DNA from: a bacterium | GTDB lineage: Bacteria > Bacteroidota > Ignavibacteria > Kapaibacteriales > UBA2268 | Length of the DNA: 64,000 nt | Direction of reading: 5' to 3' | Assembly: GCA_037127915.1 (NCBI GenBank) | Contig: JBAXXL010000020.1 | Location: 1,822-65,821, forward strand | Shown: one piece after another, positions 1-9,290 of the stretch | How the letters are laid out: each line of letters starts with the position of its first letter | How positions within the stretch are numbered: position 1 is the first letter of the stretch | Program-made: the position numbers and the translations under genes | The notes under the pieces: model-generated | Seen by the model: only the letters and a program-made list of their open reading frames with translations | The model's database searches: none | Told to the model about the DNA's origin: nothing

Positions 1-1026
1 ACTTTTCTTAAGGCTTGACCATTCAAACTTTATTTGGCTGTAACTACGAGTTATTCCAAAACCTGTTCCGGTAATAGTAACTTCATCTTCAACAAAGCCC
101 GAATTCGGTGTTATACTTTTAATTACGGGAACAATTATTTCACCCTTAATGCAACGAACCGATTGTCCGGATTCCTTATCTGGGCCAATTGAGAATAATT
201 CGGCATTATCGTAGGTTGCGGAAAGTCCTAAAACATACTTGCTTGAGTTCAACCACGAACCAAAAATACCAAATCCCCAGAATTCTCCTTTTTCATTCCT
301 ATTCCCCGCAGGTAGCCCTGAAAATCCGCTTTCATTAGTAGCACCTTCATTGGGTGTTACCCATAAGCCGTCGCCGACTTGGTAAGTACCTATACTTTTA
401 AGTTTGCCCCCGCCTTCACTCATACCGCCAAGAAATTCTTCTAAAGCATTGCTTTCCTGTTCACTAGGGATATGCCAACCTACAGGAGCTAAACCACGCG
501 GGTCTGTAACTGCATACCAATTGTAAAGTTTCCCATAAATTCCATCCATAGCCGGATCGTTATTATAGTAGCACCAAGCCCCTGTGGTTAATTTGCTCCA
601 TTCAATTGAATCAGTAACCTGAGGGATTGGATCTCCATTTCGATAATGATCAACATCAAGATTTTTGCACGACCAGATTTGATTTCCGATTGTTGTTTCG
701 GAACAATCATTTGAAATGAAAATGATACTGTCAATCGCAGCGATATTAAAATACCTTAGTGTGACCGGTAGATTGATTTTAATTTTTTTTACGCCGGTGA
801 GTTCAATTGACGAAATATTTGTGTTTAAGTATGAATAACTTGTATCATGTAAAAATACCTTCATAGTATAAAGAATGTCTGATTTTATAAAACTCATTTC
901 AATTAAATCTTCTATTCTGTATTCTTTCGAATTTCCATCTTCAAGATAAAACTTTATAGTCGGCTCAACTGCCTTGAGAGTTAAACTAACCATAAGAAAC
1001 ATCATTATAAATATAACTTTTTTCAT
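1..1026 (-). CDS. Secreted FISUMP-family protein (N-terminal family-specific domain, FISUMP domain, IPT/TIG). Partial, with the 3' end beyond the window start.
   Basis: Reverse-complement ATG at 1024-1026. Translation begins MKKVIFIMMFLMVSLTLKAVEPTIKFYLEDG, nearly identical to the N-termini of the three downstream paralogues. It contains GKLYNWYAV...GWHIPS...GGKLK...SVRCIKG motifs typical of the Fibrobacter succinogenes major paralogous domain, then a TIG-like IVPVIKSITP...GTGFG segment. Confidence 0.75.
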   Translation of the reverse strand, partial: MKKVIFIMMFLMVSLTLKAVEPTIKFYLEDGNSKEYRIEDLIEMSFIKSDILYTMKVFLHDTSYSYLNTNISSIELTGVKKIKINLPVTLRYFNIAAIDSIIFISNDCSETTIGNQIWSCKNLDVDHYRNGDPIPQVTDSIEWSKLTTGAWCYYNNDPAMDGIYGKLYNWYAVTDPRGLAPVGWHIPSEQESNALEEFLGGMSEGGGKLKSIGTYQVGDGLWVTPNEGATNESGFSGLPAGNRNEKGEFWGFGIFGSWLNSSKYVLGLSATYDNAELFSIGPDKESGQSVRCIKGEIIVPVIKSITPNSGFVEDEVTITGTGFGITRSYSQIKFEWSSLKKS

Positions 1027-1062
1027 ATTTAAAAACCTTAATTAACTATATATTCTTTTATA

Positions 1063-1093
1063 GATGGGCTCCACCTCCAAGGTGGAGTCCATC
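1063..1093 (-). terminator. Hairpin gatgggctccacc-tccaa-ggtggagtccatc downstream of the 1128-5195 gene
   Basis: Near-perfect 13-bp inverted repeat located after the stop codon of a minus-strand gene. No strong U-tract follows. Confidence 0.35.
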
Positions 1094-1127
1094 TTATCTC
1101 ACTACTTCACAAACTTTAAGAACTGTT

Positions 1128-4100
1128 TTAATCTTTAATACAACGAACGGCAAAACCACTATTTGTTGTATTGCCATATATGAATAATTTAGTGTTGCTA
1201 TAGTCCAAACAATAAGATGATAAATTAACTTCATGGTCTTTCTTAGTTAATCCCCACCAATAACCAAAGTAACCCTTGTATTGGAATACGCCATAGTAAT
1301 CACGTGTTCCACCGGGTAGTGCCGAAAATCCGGTTTCGTTTGTAGCACCTTTATTTGGATATTGCCACAGACCATTTCCGTTTCTGGATGTACCTGTACT
1401 TTTTAGTTTTCCGCCCGCCAAGTTCTCACCGCCAAGATAATTGGTGAGTATTGTCCATTCCTCATCGTTTGGTATATGCCAACCGGCAGGAGCTAATCCG
1501 CGCGAATCACTAACGGCATACTTATTGTATAGTTTGCCAAATTTACCGCCTTCCGCAAGGTCGTTTTTGTAGTAGCACCAGGCACCGGTTTTTAAATTTG
1601 ACCAAGCTAGGGCATCAGTAACTTGAGGAATTGTGTCGCCATTACGATAAGTAGAAACATCGAGATTTTTGCATGACCATTTTTGAGTTCCGATTGTGAC
1701 GTATTCGCAGTCGTCCGGTTTCAGAGGTTTAACAGTGAATTCAACTTTATCGCTCTTTATATCATTTACCGTAATACTTATATACCCTGTTTCAGCACCT
1801 GCGGGAACCTTCACTTTTACTTGGATATTACTCCAGCTTATATAATCGCTTTGCTCTGGTTTTATTGAATTAAATGATATATAATTAGCTCCTTGAGAAG
1901 AACCGAAATTCGCTCCATTTATCGTAATTTCATCGCCTATATATCCGTTATTCGGAATTATGCTATTAATCATAGGTACAATTGCATTCGCTTTTATACA
2001 GCGTATAGCAAATCCATTTTCCTTCGTATTTGAGTTGCGAATGAGTAGTGAATCGTAGTAGTCCATTGTTCTGCTCCAAGCATTGTTAGTGCTACTATCA
2101 GTTGAACACCACCATTTACAGTGATATTCTAATTTAAGGAAATCACTAATGTTTCCACGGTAGCCGCTTGGCAAAGCTGAAAAGCCGTATTCGTCTGTTG
2201 CTCTTCTATTTGTATTAGGCCAATGTTTTGTTCCGGCTTCTTTTAGTTTATAAATTGCCGCGCTATCACCGCCTGCATAATCAATAAGTTGTGTCCATTC
2301 CGGATCGCTTGGTATTTTCCATCCAGCAGGAGCCAAACCGCGTGGGTCGTTCACGGCATACCAATTATAAAGTTTACCATAAACTTTTCCATAATATGGA
2401 TCATTATTGTAGTAGCACCATGCACCTGTTTTTAAATTTTTCCATTCTGTGCTGTCTTTTACCTGTGGTATAGGATCGCCATTTCTGTAACGGCATACTT
2501 CTAGATTTTCTCCCATCCACACTTGGGTTCCAATTGTAAGTGGAGTGTACGAACTTCTACCACCGCAAGGGATAGTGTCAGGATTGTAATCCTTAACACA
2601 GCGTACCGAAAAACCATCATTTTGATAATATTTAATTCTATCCAATGAAGGTGAATAATAGTAAATAAGGCTACCATAAGCATTATCTGAACTCCACCAA
2701 TGAGCATAAGTACCAATTTCAGAGAATCTTAAATTTCCACTATAGTGACCACGTCCAGCGGCAGGTAAAGCCTTAAATCCAAATTCGTCAGTAGCTCCCG
2801 CGTTAGGACTTAACCAATGAGTAGTTCCAACTTCCTTTAGTTTTCCGCCAACTACATCCGCAGGACCAAAATAGTCCGCAAAGTAGGTCCACTCAGCATT
2901 ACTTGGCACGTGCCAACCTTCAGGAGCCAATCCGCGCGGATCGTTTACCGCATACCAGTTGTAAAGTTTTCCGAATATTTTACCATTTTCAGGATCGTTA
3001 TGACTATAGCACCATGCGCCTGTTTTTAAATTTTTCCATTTGACGCTATCCTTAACTTCCGGTATTATGTCTCCATTTCTATATCTGCATACATCAAGGT
3101 TTTCTCCCATCCATACAAGAGGTCCTATTTTGACGGAAGTATAGTATGCTCTTTCAGTACAAGGTATTAAAACTTCAAAATCTACTTCATTGCTCTGTCT
3201 TTCGCTTACAGTAACAGATACTTTTGCATATCCGGTTTCAATTTTATTCGGAACTCTAACTTTTATTTTCGAATTGCTCCAGCTTAAATAATTATTTGGC
3301 GGTAGTGTTAAGGAACTGAACGTAACGACGCTAGTACCTTGAACATCTCCAAAACCGGTACCTTCGAGTATTACTTCATCACCAATATATCCGGTAGCCG
3401 GATTAATTTTGTTGATTTTAGGAAATACAAATTCACCTTTGACGCAACGAACTGAAAAACCATATTCTTTACTATTGCTGTATCTATATATGCCCGGGTA
3501 ATAATAGCTCAGTCCTCTGAACCAAACATCTGCCGTATCGGTAGCAGTAGAACTCCACCAATAACCTTCTTTACCCAAACTGTAAAACGCACCTTGATTA
3601 CCGCGGTAGCTCCCTGGGAGAGCGGTAAAACCCGTTGCATTTGTAGCACCGGTATTAGGTTTACGCCAATGGTCAAATCCAACTTCTTTCAATTTGCCGC
3701 CTTCATTCGTTCCGCGGTATCCTGTTGAATCAACTAATGTATTGGACATACCAAGATGCTTTTCTAATGTTTTCCAATCTTCATCTTCAGGCACATGCCA
3801 ACCAACCGGTGCTAAGCCGCGAGGGTCGTTCACCGCATACCAATTGTAAAGTTTGCCGTAAATGTTTCCATTATTAGTATCGTTATTATAGTAACACCAA
3901 GCACCTGTTTTTAAATTTTTCCATTCTGTGGAGTCAGTAATCTGTGGAATGAGATCGCCATTTCGATAATAACAAACATCGAGATTTTCTCCCATCCATT
4001 CTTGTGTACCTATATTTAAAGTCGTGTATGAGCTTTTTTCGGTGCATGGCAGTAGAACTGTAAAATCTACTTCATTGCTCTTATTTCCATTTACGGTTGC

Positions 4101-5195
4101 GAAAACTTTCCCTGTTCTCGCGCCCTTGGGCACTTTTACTTTTATTTCAGTGTCGTTCCAGCTTGTATAATCGGTTGATAGTGGTTTTGTTGAGTTAAAT
4201 AAAATGATATTAGAACTGCGTGTTTTTCCGAAGCCGCTTCCGCTTAATGTTACTTCATCTCCCAAATTACCATATTCTGGAATTATACTATTTATGACAG
4301 GTACTATTGCTTCACCTTTTACGCAACGTATAGATAACCCGGATTCCATAGCTTTACCGGCTCGGGTTAGACTGCCGGTACTATAATTTACAGCACTGAA
4401 CCAAGAATTAGTTTTACCGTTGTCATTAGAACTCCACCAATAACCGTCGGAACTCATAAATAAGAAAGAGCCATCTTTTAATCTTAAACCTCCGGGAAGA
4501 GCCAGAAAACCGCTTTCGTTAGTAGCTCCAAAGTTGGGGCTTTGCCAATGTGCAGTTCCGGATTCCTTCAATTTGCCGCCGGCTTGCGGTTCGCCGCCGA
4601 GATAAGCAGTTAGAGTCTTCCATTCTTCATCACTTGGAATATGCCAACCGACAGGTGCCAAGCCGCGCGGGTCGTTTACAGCGTACCAATTGTATAGTTT
4701 ACCATAGGTTTTACCATACTCTGTGTCATTATTGTAATAGCACCAAGCACCTGTGGTTAATGTACTCCATTCTGCAGGGTCAACAACTTGAGGTAATAAA
4801 TCGCCATTTCGATAGTGTTCAACATCAAGATTTTTGCACATCCATGTTTGGGTGCCTATTGTAATTTCAGTACATGAATATACTATAAAAATAATGGAAT
4901 CAATTCTGTTGATATTAATTAATTCGGTTCCATCTGAAAATTTGAGAACTAATGTTGTCGAATCAGAGAAATTCATTGATTCAATTGCACGAATGTCGTA
5001 AGTTGTTTTTAATCCTGAAGAATAAATATACATCAGAAATGGCAATTCCGGCTGTATGAACTTCATATCCGCAATTTCTTCAATTTTATACTGTTTTGAG
5101 GAACCATCTTCAAGATAAAACTTTATAGTCGGTTCAACTGCCTTAAGAGTTAAACTAACTATAAACAACGCGATAATCAATAAAACTTTTTTCAT
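1128..5195 (-). CDS. Giant secreted protein with 5 FISUMP domains interleaved with 3 IPT/TIG-like domains (1355 aa)
   Basis: Signal peptide MKKVLLIIALFIVSLTLKA. The motif GTQ.WM..NLDV..YRNGD.IPQV.D...W..L.TGAWCYYNND...G..YGKLYNWYAV.DPRGLAP.GWH.P...EW..L...LGG...AGGKLK...WSS....SVRC.K recurs five times. IPT/TIG-like stretches read IVPVINSIIP..G..GDEVT..G.GFG. Confidence 0.85.
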   Translation of the reverse strand: MKKVLLIIALFIVSLTLKAVEPTIKFYLEDGSSKQYKIEEIADMKFIQPELPFLMYIYSSGLKTTYDIRAIESMNFSDSTTLVLKFSDGTELININRIDSIIFIVYSCTEITIGTQTWMCKNLDVEHYRNGDLLPQVVDPAEWSTLTTGAWCYYNNDTEYGKTYGKLYNWYAVNDPRGLAPVGWHIPSDEEWKTLTAYLGGEPQAGGKLKESGTAHWQSPNFGATNESGFLALPGGLRLKDGSFLFMSSDGYWWSSNDNGKTNSWFSAVNYSTGSLTRAGKAMESGLSIRCVKGEAIVPVINSIIPEYGNLGDEVTLSGSGFGKTRSSNIILFNSTKPLSTDYTSWNDTEIKVKVPKGARTGKVFATVNGNKSNEVDFTVLLPCTEKSSYTTLNIGTQEWMGENLDVCYYRNGDLIPQITDSTEWKNLKTGAWCYYNNDTNNGNIYGKLYNWYAVNDPRGLAPVGWHVPEDEDWKTLEKHLGMSNTLVDSTGYRGTNEGGKLKEVGFDHWRKPNTGATNATGFTALPGSYRGNQGAFYSLGKEGYWWSSTATDTADVWFRGLSYYYPGIYRYSNSKEYGFSVRCVKGEFVFPKINKINPATGYIGDEVILEGTGFGDVQGTSVVTFSSLTLPPNNYLSWSNSKIKVRVPNKIETGYAKVSVTVSERQSNEVDFEVLIPCTERAYYTSVKIGPLVWMGENLDVCRYRNGDIIPEVKDSVKWKNLKTGAWCYSHNDPENGKIFGKLYNWYAVNDPRGLAPEGWHVPSNAEWTYFADYFGPADVVGGKLKEVGTTHWLSPNAGATDEFGFKALPAAGRGHYSGNLRFSEIGTYAHWWSSDNAYGSLIYYYSPSLDRIKYYQNDGFSVRCVKDYNPDTIPCGGRSSYTPLTIGTQVWMGENLEVCRYRNGDPIPQVKDSTEWKNLKTGAWCYYNNDPYYGKVYGKLYNWYAVNDPRGLAPAGWKIPSDPEWTQLIDYAGGDSAAIYKLKEAGTKHWPNTNRRATDEYGFSALPSGYRGNISDFLKLEYHCKWWCSTDSSTNNAWSRTMDYYDSLLIRNSNTKENGFAIRCIKANAIVPMINSIIPNNGYIGDEITINGANFGSSQGANYISFNSIKPEQSDYISWSNIQVKVKVPAGAETGYISITVNDIKSDKVEFTVKPLKPDDCEYVTIGTQKWSCKNLDVSTYRNGDTIPQVTDALAWSNLKTGAWCYYKNDLAEGGKFGKLYNKYAVSDSRGLAPAGWHIPNDEEWTILTNYLGGENLAGGKLKSTGTSRNGNGLWQYPNKGATNETGFSALPGGTRDYYGVFQYKGYFGYWWGLTKKDHEVNLSSYCLDYSNTKLFIYGNTTNSGFAVRCIKD

Positions 5196-5237
5196 AAACT
5201 TAATTCCATATTTAATTAATAATCTTTATTCTTTTTA

Positions 5238-5270
5238 ACTCATCCGATAATTGGCAGTCATCGGATGAGT
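5238..5270. repeat. Palindromic intergenic repeat family C (actcatccgat..ggcagtcatcggatgagt), copy 1
   Basis: 15-bp stem inverted repeat preceded by the conserved leader ttaattaataatctttattctt. Further copies lie at 8091-8128 and 9249-9287, with a degenerate copy at 29481-29515. All copies are 3' of genes. Confidence 0.7.
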
Positions 5271-5279
5271 AGAACTTTT

Positions 5280-6158
5280 TTATTCTTCTACACATCGTAC
5301 CGATAAGCCGCTACACATTGCACTACACCCCCAAGGTTGATTAGCTTTGTCATAGCTCAAAGTCCAAGAGTAAACAAGTGAAACATTAGCCTTGTCCTGA
5401 GTCCACATAAAATTAGAAAATCCGAGTTCCGAAAATTTTGGATAACGAGCACCACCCGGAAGTGCAGTAAAACCGGATTCATTGGTTGCACCGGTATTCG
5501 GATATTGCCAATGGTTGGTACCGGCTTCTTTCAACTTGCCTCCGGCAACGGCTTCACCACCCAGTGAATTTAAAAGAATCGTCAGATCACTATTATGCGG
5601 CACACGCCAACCTGCGGGTGCTAAACCGCGCGGATCATTTACAGCATACCAATTATAGAGTTTTCCGTATATAGCACCCATCACGGGATCGTTGTTGTAA
5701 TAGCACCAGGCTCCGGTTTTAAGGTTTTGCCATTCCGCGGAATCGGTAACTTGCGGAATAATTTCGCCATTGCGGTAGTACTCAACATCAAGATTTTTTT
5801 TCATCCAAGTTTGCGGTCCAATTGTAATTTGATTATATGGATTACGAATAAAGGTTATACTGTCTATATCGCCGATATTGATATTTTCTACCGAAGATGA
5901 AAGATTTATTTTCAATGTGTTTAAATCGCTAAATTCCAATGTGCTTATGTTTTTTACATTATAGGAATTTTTTGCACCGTCTATAAAGACTTCCATCAGA
6001 TATGGTAAATTTGATTTAACAAAACTCATTTCAATAAAATCTTCCAGTCTATATTCTTTTGAATTTCCATCTTCAAGATAAAACTTAACAACCGGTTCAA
6101 CTCCTTTGAGAGTTAAACTAAGCATAAACAACGCGATAATCAATAACACTTTTTTCAT
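5280..6158 (-). CDS. Secreted single-domain FISUMP-family protein (292 aa)
   Basis: Signal peptide plus the shared N-terminal domain (VEPVVKFYLEDGNSKEYRLEDFIEMSF) and one FISUMP domain (IGPQTWMKKNLDV...YGKLYNWYAV...SVRCVEE). Confidence 0.85.
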   Translation of the reverse strand: MKKVLLIIALFMLSLTLKGVEPVVKFYLEDGNSKEYRLEDFIEMSFVKSNLPYLMEVFIDGAKNSYNVKNISTLEFSDLNTLKINLSSSVENINIGDIDSITFIRNPYNQITIGPQTWMKKNLDVEYYRNGEIIPQVTDSAEWQNLKTGAWCYYNNDPVMGAIYGKLYNWYAVNDPRGLAPAGWRVPHNSDLTILLNSLGGEAVAGGKLKEAGTNHWQYPNTGATNESGFTALPGGARYPKFSELGFSNFMWTQDKANVSLVYSWTLSYDKANQPWGCSAMCSGLSVRCVEE

Positions 6159-6199
6159 AACCTTAATTCCCTATTTAATTAATAATCTTTTTTTCTACT

Positions 6200-6245
6200 A
6201 ACCTTCCGAAGGTTCGAAACCTTCGGAAGGTTTCGAGACGTCTCT
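6200..6245. repeat. Palindromic repeat family B (aaccttccgaaggttcgaaaccttcggaaggtttcgagacgtctc), intergenic copy
   Basis: Tandem palindromes ccttccgaagg / ccttcggaagg plus gagacgtctc. A nearly identical 44-bp copy at 9443-9486 lies inside the CDS 9291-11114. Confidence 0.7.
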
Positions 6246-6305
6246 TCAACTTTATAACTTTAAGAACATTATGAACTTTAAAAACTTTAAACTTTACAAA
6301 CTCAT

Positions 6306-8057
6306 TTAATCCTTAATACAACGCACCGACAAGCAGGAACCTTTATTTTCACTCGATCGAGAGCAATTCGTTGACATGTTGTAAATATTTCTATTCCAAG
6401 CGACGTTTTCATCCAATTCAGTAGAAGTCCACCAATATCCATAAAAGTTTATCATTTGAAACGACATTTCAGAAAGTTTGCCACCCGGGAGTGCTAAAAA
6501 TCCACTTTCGTTAGTAGCACCGAAGTTTGGTGCTTTCCAAAGTCCGGTATTATCTTTCAAATTTCCTGTGCTTTTCAATTTACCGCCAGCTACAGTAGTA
6601 TCGCCAAGATAATCCGTTAGCTTAGTCCATTCTGCGTCGCTTGCCACATGCCAACCTTCGGGAGCTAATCCGCGAGGATCATTAACGGCGTACCAATTAT
6701 AGAGTTTGCCATAAAGTTCTTCATTTTCAACTTTAAAAGAATAATAGCACCAAGCACCGGTTGTTAAATTATTCAAGTCAGTCCATTTTTTTACCTGTTG
6801 TATTGTATCACCGTTGCGGTAGCAGTCCACATTAAGGTTGCGTGACATCCAAACTTGTGTTCCAATAATTATTGCTTCAAAATAATCGGGATCGGTTTGG
6901 GTGATAACGAAATTTACTAAATTGCTTAAAATACCCTCGACGCATACAGATACATACCCTGTTTTTGCATCTTGCGGAATAACTAATTTTATTTCAGTAT
7001 CGCTCCAAGATATATAATCGCTCTTATCAGCAGTTAAAGTTCCAAATGAAACATAACTGAATTTGCGTTCCGCTCCAAAACCGGTACCGGAAACTGTGAG
7101 TACCTTACCTACTTGAGATGAATTGGGGGATATAGATTTGATAGCGGGAATATTATAATCTTTTATACAACGCACCGAAAAACCACAAGTTTTTTTACCC
7201 ATACTTGTACCAAGCGCAGATTTATCGTAGGATAACACACGGATCCATATACTTTTAATTGTTTCTTGTTCGGAAGAAGACCAATAATTAGCGGTTAAAC
7301 CTATATTAGTGAATGAATCATACCTATAACCGCTAGGTACGCCGGAAAAATTAGTTTCATTTGTGGCACCAACGTTTGGGCTTTGCCATAAACCATCGCC
7401 TGTTTCAATGGTGCCGGTACTTTTTAGCATACCACCGGCTAAGGAATCGCCGCCCAGATTGTCAGGGATTGTTTTCCATTCTTCAATAATTGGAATGTGC
7501 CAGCCTTCGGGAGCTAAACCACGAGGATCGCTAACAGCATACCAGTTGTAAAGTTTTCCATAGATTGCTCCCATAGCGGGGTCGTTGTTATAATAGCACC
7601 ATGCACCCGTTTGCAGGTTAACCCATTCAGCGGAGTCAGTAACTTGCGGGATTGGGTCGCCGTTGCGGTAGGATTCGACATCAAGATTTTGTCCCATCCA
7701 AGTGAAGTTTCCTATGGGAATCTCATTAGCGGTTTTCGGAACAAAATTTATACTATCAATTTCGGAAATTAAAAAAAGAGAAGCATCATCTGTTTTCTGG
7801 ACTACTAATGTGTTGGAATTAAGGAACGTCAGAGAAGTGATATCCTTTGTATCTAAAGTATATTTAGTATTATAAGCATATACTTCCATCATATAAGGCA
7901 AATCGGACTCAATAAAATTCATTTCCTCTATGTCGTCAATTCTATATTGACTAAAATTTCCATCTTCAAGATAAAATTTAATTCCCAAATCTTCTGATTT
8001 GAGCGTAAAACTAATCACACACAACAAAATAATAAATAAAACATTTTTCATATTCAA
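6306..8057 (-). CDS. Secreted protein with two FISUMP domains and an IPT/TIG-like domain (583 aa)
   Basis: Signal peptide plus the shared N-terminal domain (LGIKFYLEDGNFSQYRIDDIEEMNF) and two FISUMP motif sets (YGKLYNWYAV.DPRGLAPEGWH) separated by IPAIKSISP..GTGFG. Confidence 0.85.
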   Translation of the reverse strand: MNMKNVLFIILLCVISFTLKSEDLGIKFYLEDGNFSQYRIDDIEEMNFIESDLPYMMEVYAYNTKYTLDTKDITSLTFLNSNTLVVQKTDDASLFLISEIDSINFVPKTANEIPIGNFTWMGQNLDVESYRNGDPIPQVTDSAEWVNLQTGAWCYYNNDPAMGAIYGKLYNWYAVSDPRGLAPEGWHIPIIEEWKTIPDNLGGDSLAGGMLKSTGTIETGDGLWQSPNVGATNETNFSGVPSGYRYDSFTNIGLTANYWSSSEQETIKSIWIRVLSYDKSALGTSMGKKTCGFSVRCIKDYNIPAIKSISPNSSQVGKVLTVSGTGFGAERKFSYVSFGTLTADKSDYISWSDTEIKLVIPQDAKTGYVSVCVEGILSNLVNFVITQTDPDYFEAIIIGTQVWMSRNLNVDCYRNGDTIQQVKKWTDLNNLTTGAWCYYSFKVENEELYGKLYNWYAVNDPRGLAPEGWHVASDAEWTKLTDYLGDTTVAGGKLKSTGNLKDNTGLWKAPNFGATNESGFLALPGGKLSEMSFQMINFYGYWWTSTELDENVAWNRNIYNMSTNCSRSSENKGSCLSVRCIKD

Positions 8058-8090
8058 ATATTCCTGATTAATTAATAATCTTTATTCTTA

Positions 8091-8128
8091 AACTCATCCG
8101 ATGACTGGCAGTCATCGGATGAGTAAAC
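8091..8128. repeat. Palindromic repeat family C, copy 2
   Basis: aactcatccgatgactggcagtcatcggatgagtaaac, with the same ttaattaataatctttattctt leader as the copy at 5211-5237. Confidence 0.7.
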
Positions 8129-8248
8129 TAGTAATTTTGTTTTCAAATCTCCGCGTCAAGAGGAACTATTGACGCGAGGAAACATGGATTCCCGCTTCCG
8201 CGGGAATGACAACTTCTTCTACTTTATAACTTTATAAACTTTAAGAAC

Positions 8249-8707
8249 TTACTTAACCAATATCATTTTTTTGGTTAAAACTTCGCTATTAAACCTTACT
8301 TCGTAGTAATATGTTCCGCTTTCGACTCTGTTGTTGTTTTTGTCTATGCAGTTCCATGGCAAAGAATTTTTCCCGATTTGACAATTGGTACATTCCAACT
8401 TTTGGATTTGATTGCCGCGATTATCGTAAATTATAACCTCTACATTGCCGATGGAAGAAATTTCAAACTCGATATTAGTTTGTTCCTGAAACGGATTAGG
8501 ATAATTACCCGTAACTGCTAAGCCGCTTAAAGATTGGTTTGGCTCGTTTACAGATGTAACATTCTCGAATTTAATCGTTTTGATTTTTGAAACCGCGATT
8601 TTTTCGATTTGATTATTTTTCAATTTAATAACCAATGTATCAGTTTGCGCATATACACTAACACTATAAGCAATTAGTATAACTAAAGCCGTTAATAATG
8701 ATTTCAT
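8249..8707 (-). CDS. Small secreted protein with a T9SS (Por) C-terminal sorting domain
   Basis: The likely start is the internal Met at 8705-8707 (MKSLLTALVILIAYSVSVYA signal peptide). The ORF track extends the ORF to 8758. The C-terminus reads NYPNPFQEQTNIEFEISS.GNVEVIIYDNRGNQI...GTYYYEVRF, a typical T9SS CTD. Confidence 0.6.
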   Translation of the reverse strand: MKSLLTALVILIAYSVSVYAQTDTLVIKLKNNQIEKIAVSKIKTIKFENVTSVNEPNQSLSGLAVTGNYPNPFQEQTNIEFEISSIGNVEVIIYDNRGNQIQKLECTNCQIGKNSLPWNCIDKNNNRVESGTYYYEVRFNSEVLTKKMILVK

Positions 8708-8750
8708 ACAATACTCCAAATAAAAATTAAATAAAACACTTTTTTCAAAT

Positions 8751-9206
8751 TTGTACACTTTACTTATGTATAGACAACTGAGAAGTCCATTTCTTTCTCA
8801 TTCATTAAATTAATTTTTTGTCATAATTGGGGGAAACGGCGAAAATGATTGATATTAATGGTTATAGGTGTTTTAAGAAAAGTGAAAATAATTTTGTCGA
8901 AAAGCATTACATCCCTAGCGGGATGAGAAAAAAGGAAAAAAGTGCCGTAGGCATGCAATATCGGTAGAAAAGGTGAAATATTGTTTTGGGAAGTCCCATC
9001 GGGACGAAATAGAATATTCTGAATTAGGATTCAAGGATTAAAAGATTGTAGGATGTATTATTCGAAGCGTTGTATAAAAAACGCATCGCGCTTTTGGCTA
9101 TTAACCACATTTTGTTTAATTTAAGATTATATGCCGTACCTTAAGGCACTTCTCGGTTACCTCTAATCCTATTTTCTACCAATATTGCATCCCTAGCGGG
9201 ATGAAA
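8751..9206. other. Conserved noncoding block set X, homologous to 13681-14215
   Basis: An approximately 120-bp near-identical block (ttgtacactttacttatgtatagacaactgagaagtccatttctttctcattcattaaattaattttttgtcataattggg...), the motif aaaagtgaaaataatttt, the hairpins catccctagcgggatg and gtcccatcgggac, and a block reading ttttctaccaatattgcatccctagcgggatga are all shared with the region upstream of 11116-13677. Confidence 0.6.
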
Positions 9207-9248
9207 TAAAAATTCCAACACATCCTAAGTTGCAGAACTGCATGTTAT

Positions 9249-9287
9249 TACTCATCCGATGACTGCCAGTCATCGGATGAGTTTAAG
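9249..9287. repeat. Palindromic repeat family C, copy 3
   Basis: tactcatccgatgactgccagtcatcggatgagtttaag, immediately 3' of the CDS 9291-11114. Confidence 0.7.
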
Positions 9288-9290
9288 AAT

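Noticed and set aside
1683-4864. Plus-strand ORFs of 60-104 aa nested inside the 1128-5195 gene (1683-1868, 2291-2473, 4204-4386, 4550-4864)
   Set aside because: They overlap, in antisense, a strongly supported long CDS with internally repeated domains. They show no homology signal, and their repetition mirrors the host gene's repeats.
8708-8758. N-terminal extension of the small T9SS protein (MYKFEKSVLFNFYLEYC)
   Set aside because: The internal Met at 8707 begins a canonical signal peptide. The extension overlaps the conserved upstream noncoding block shared with 13681-13795.
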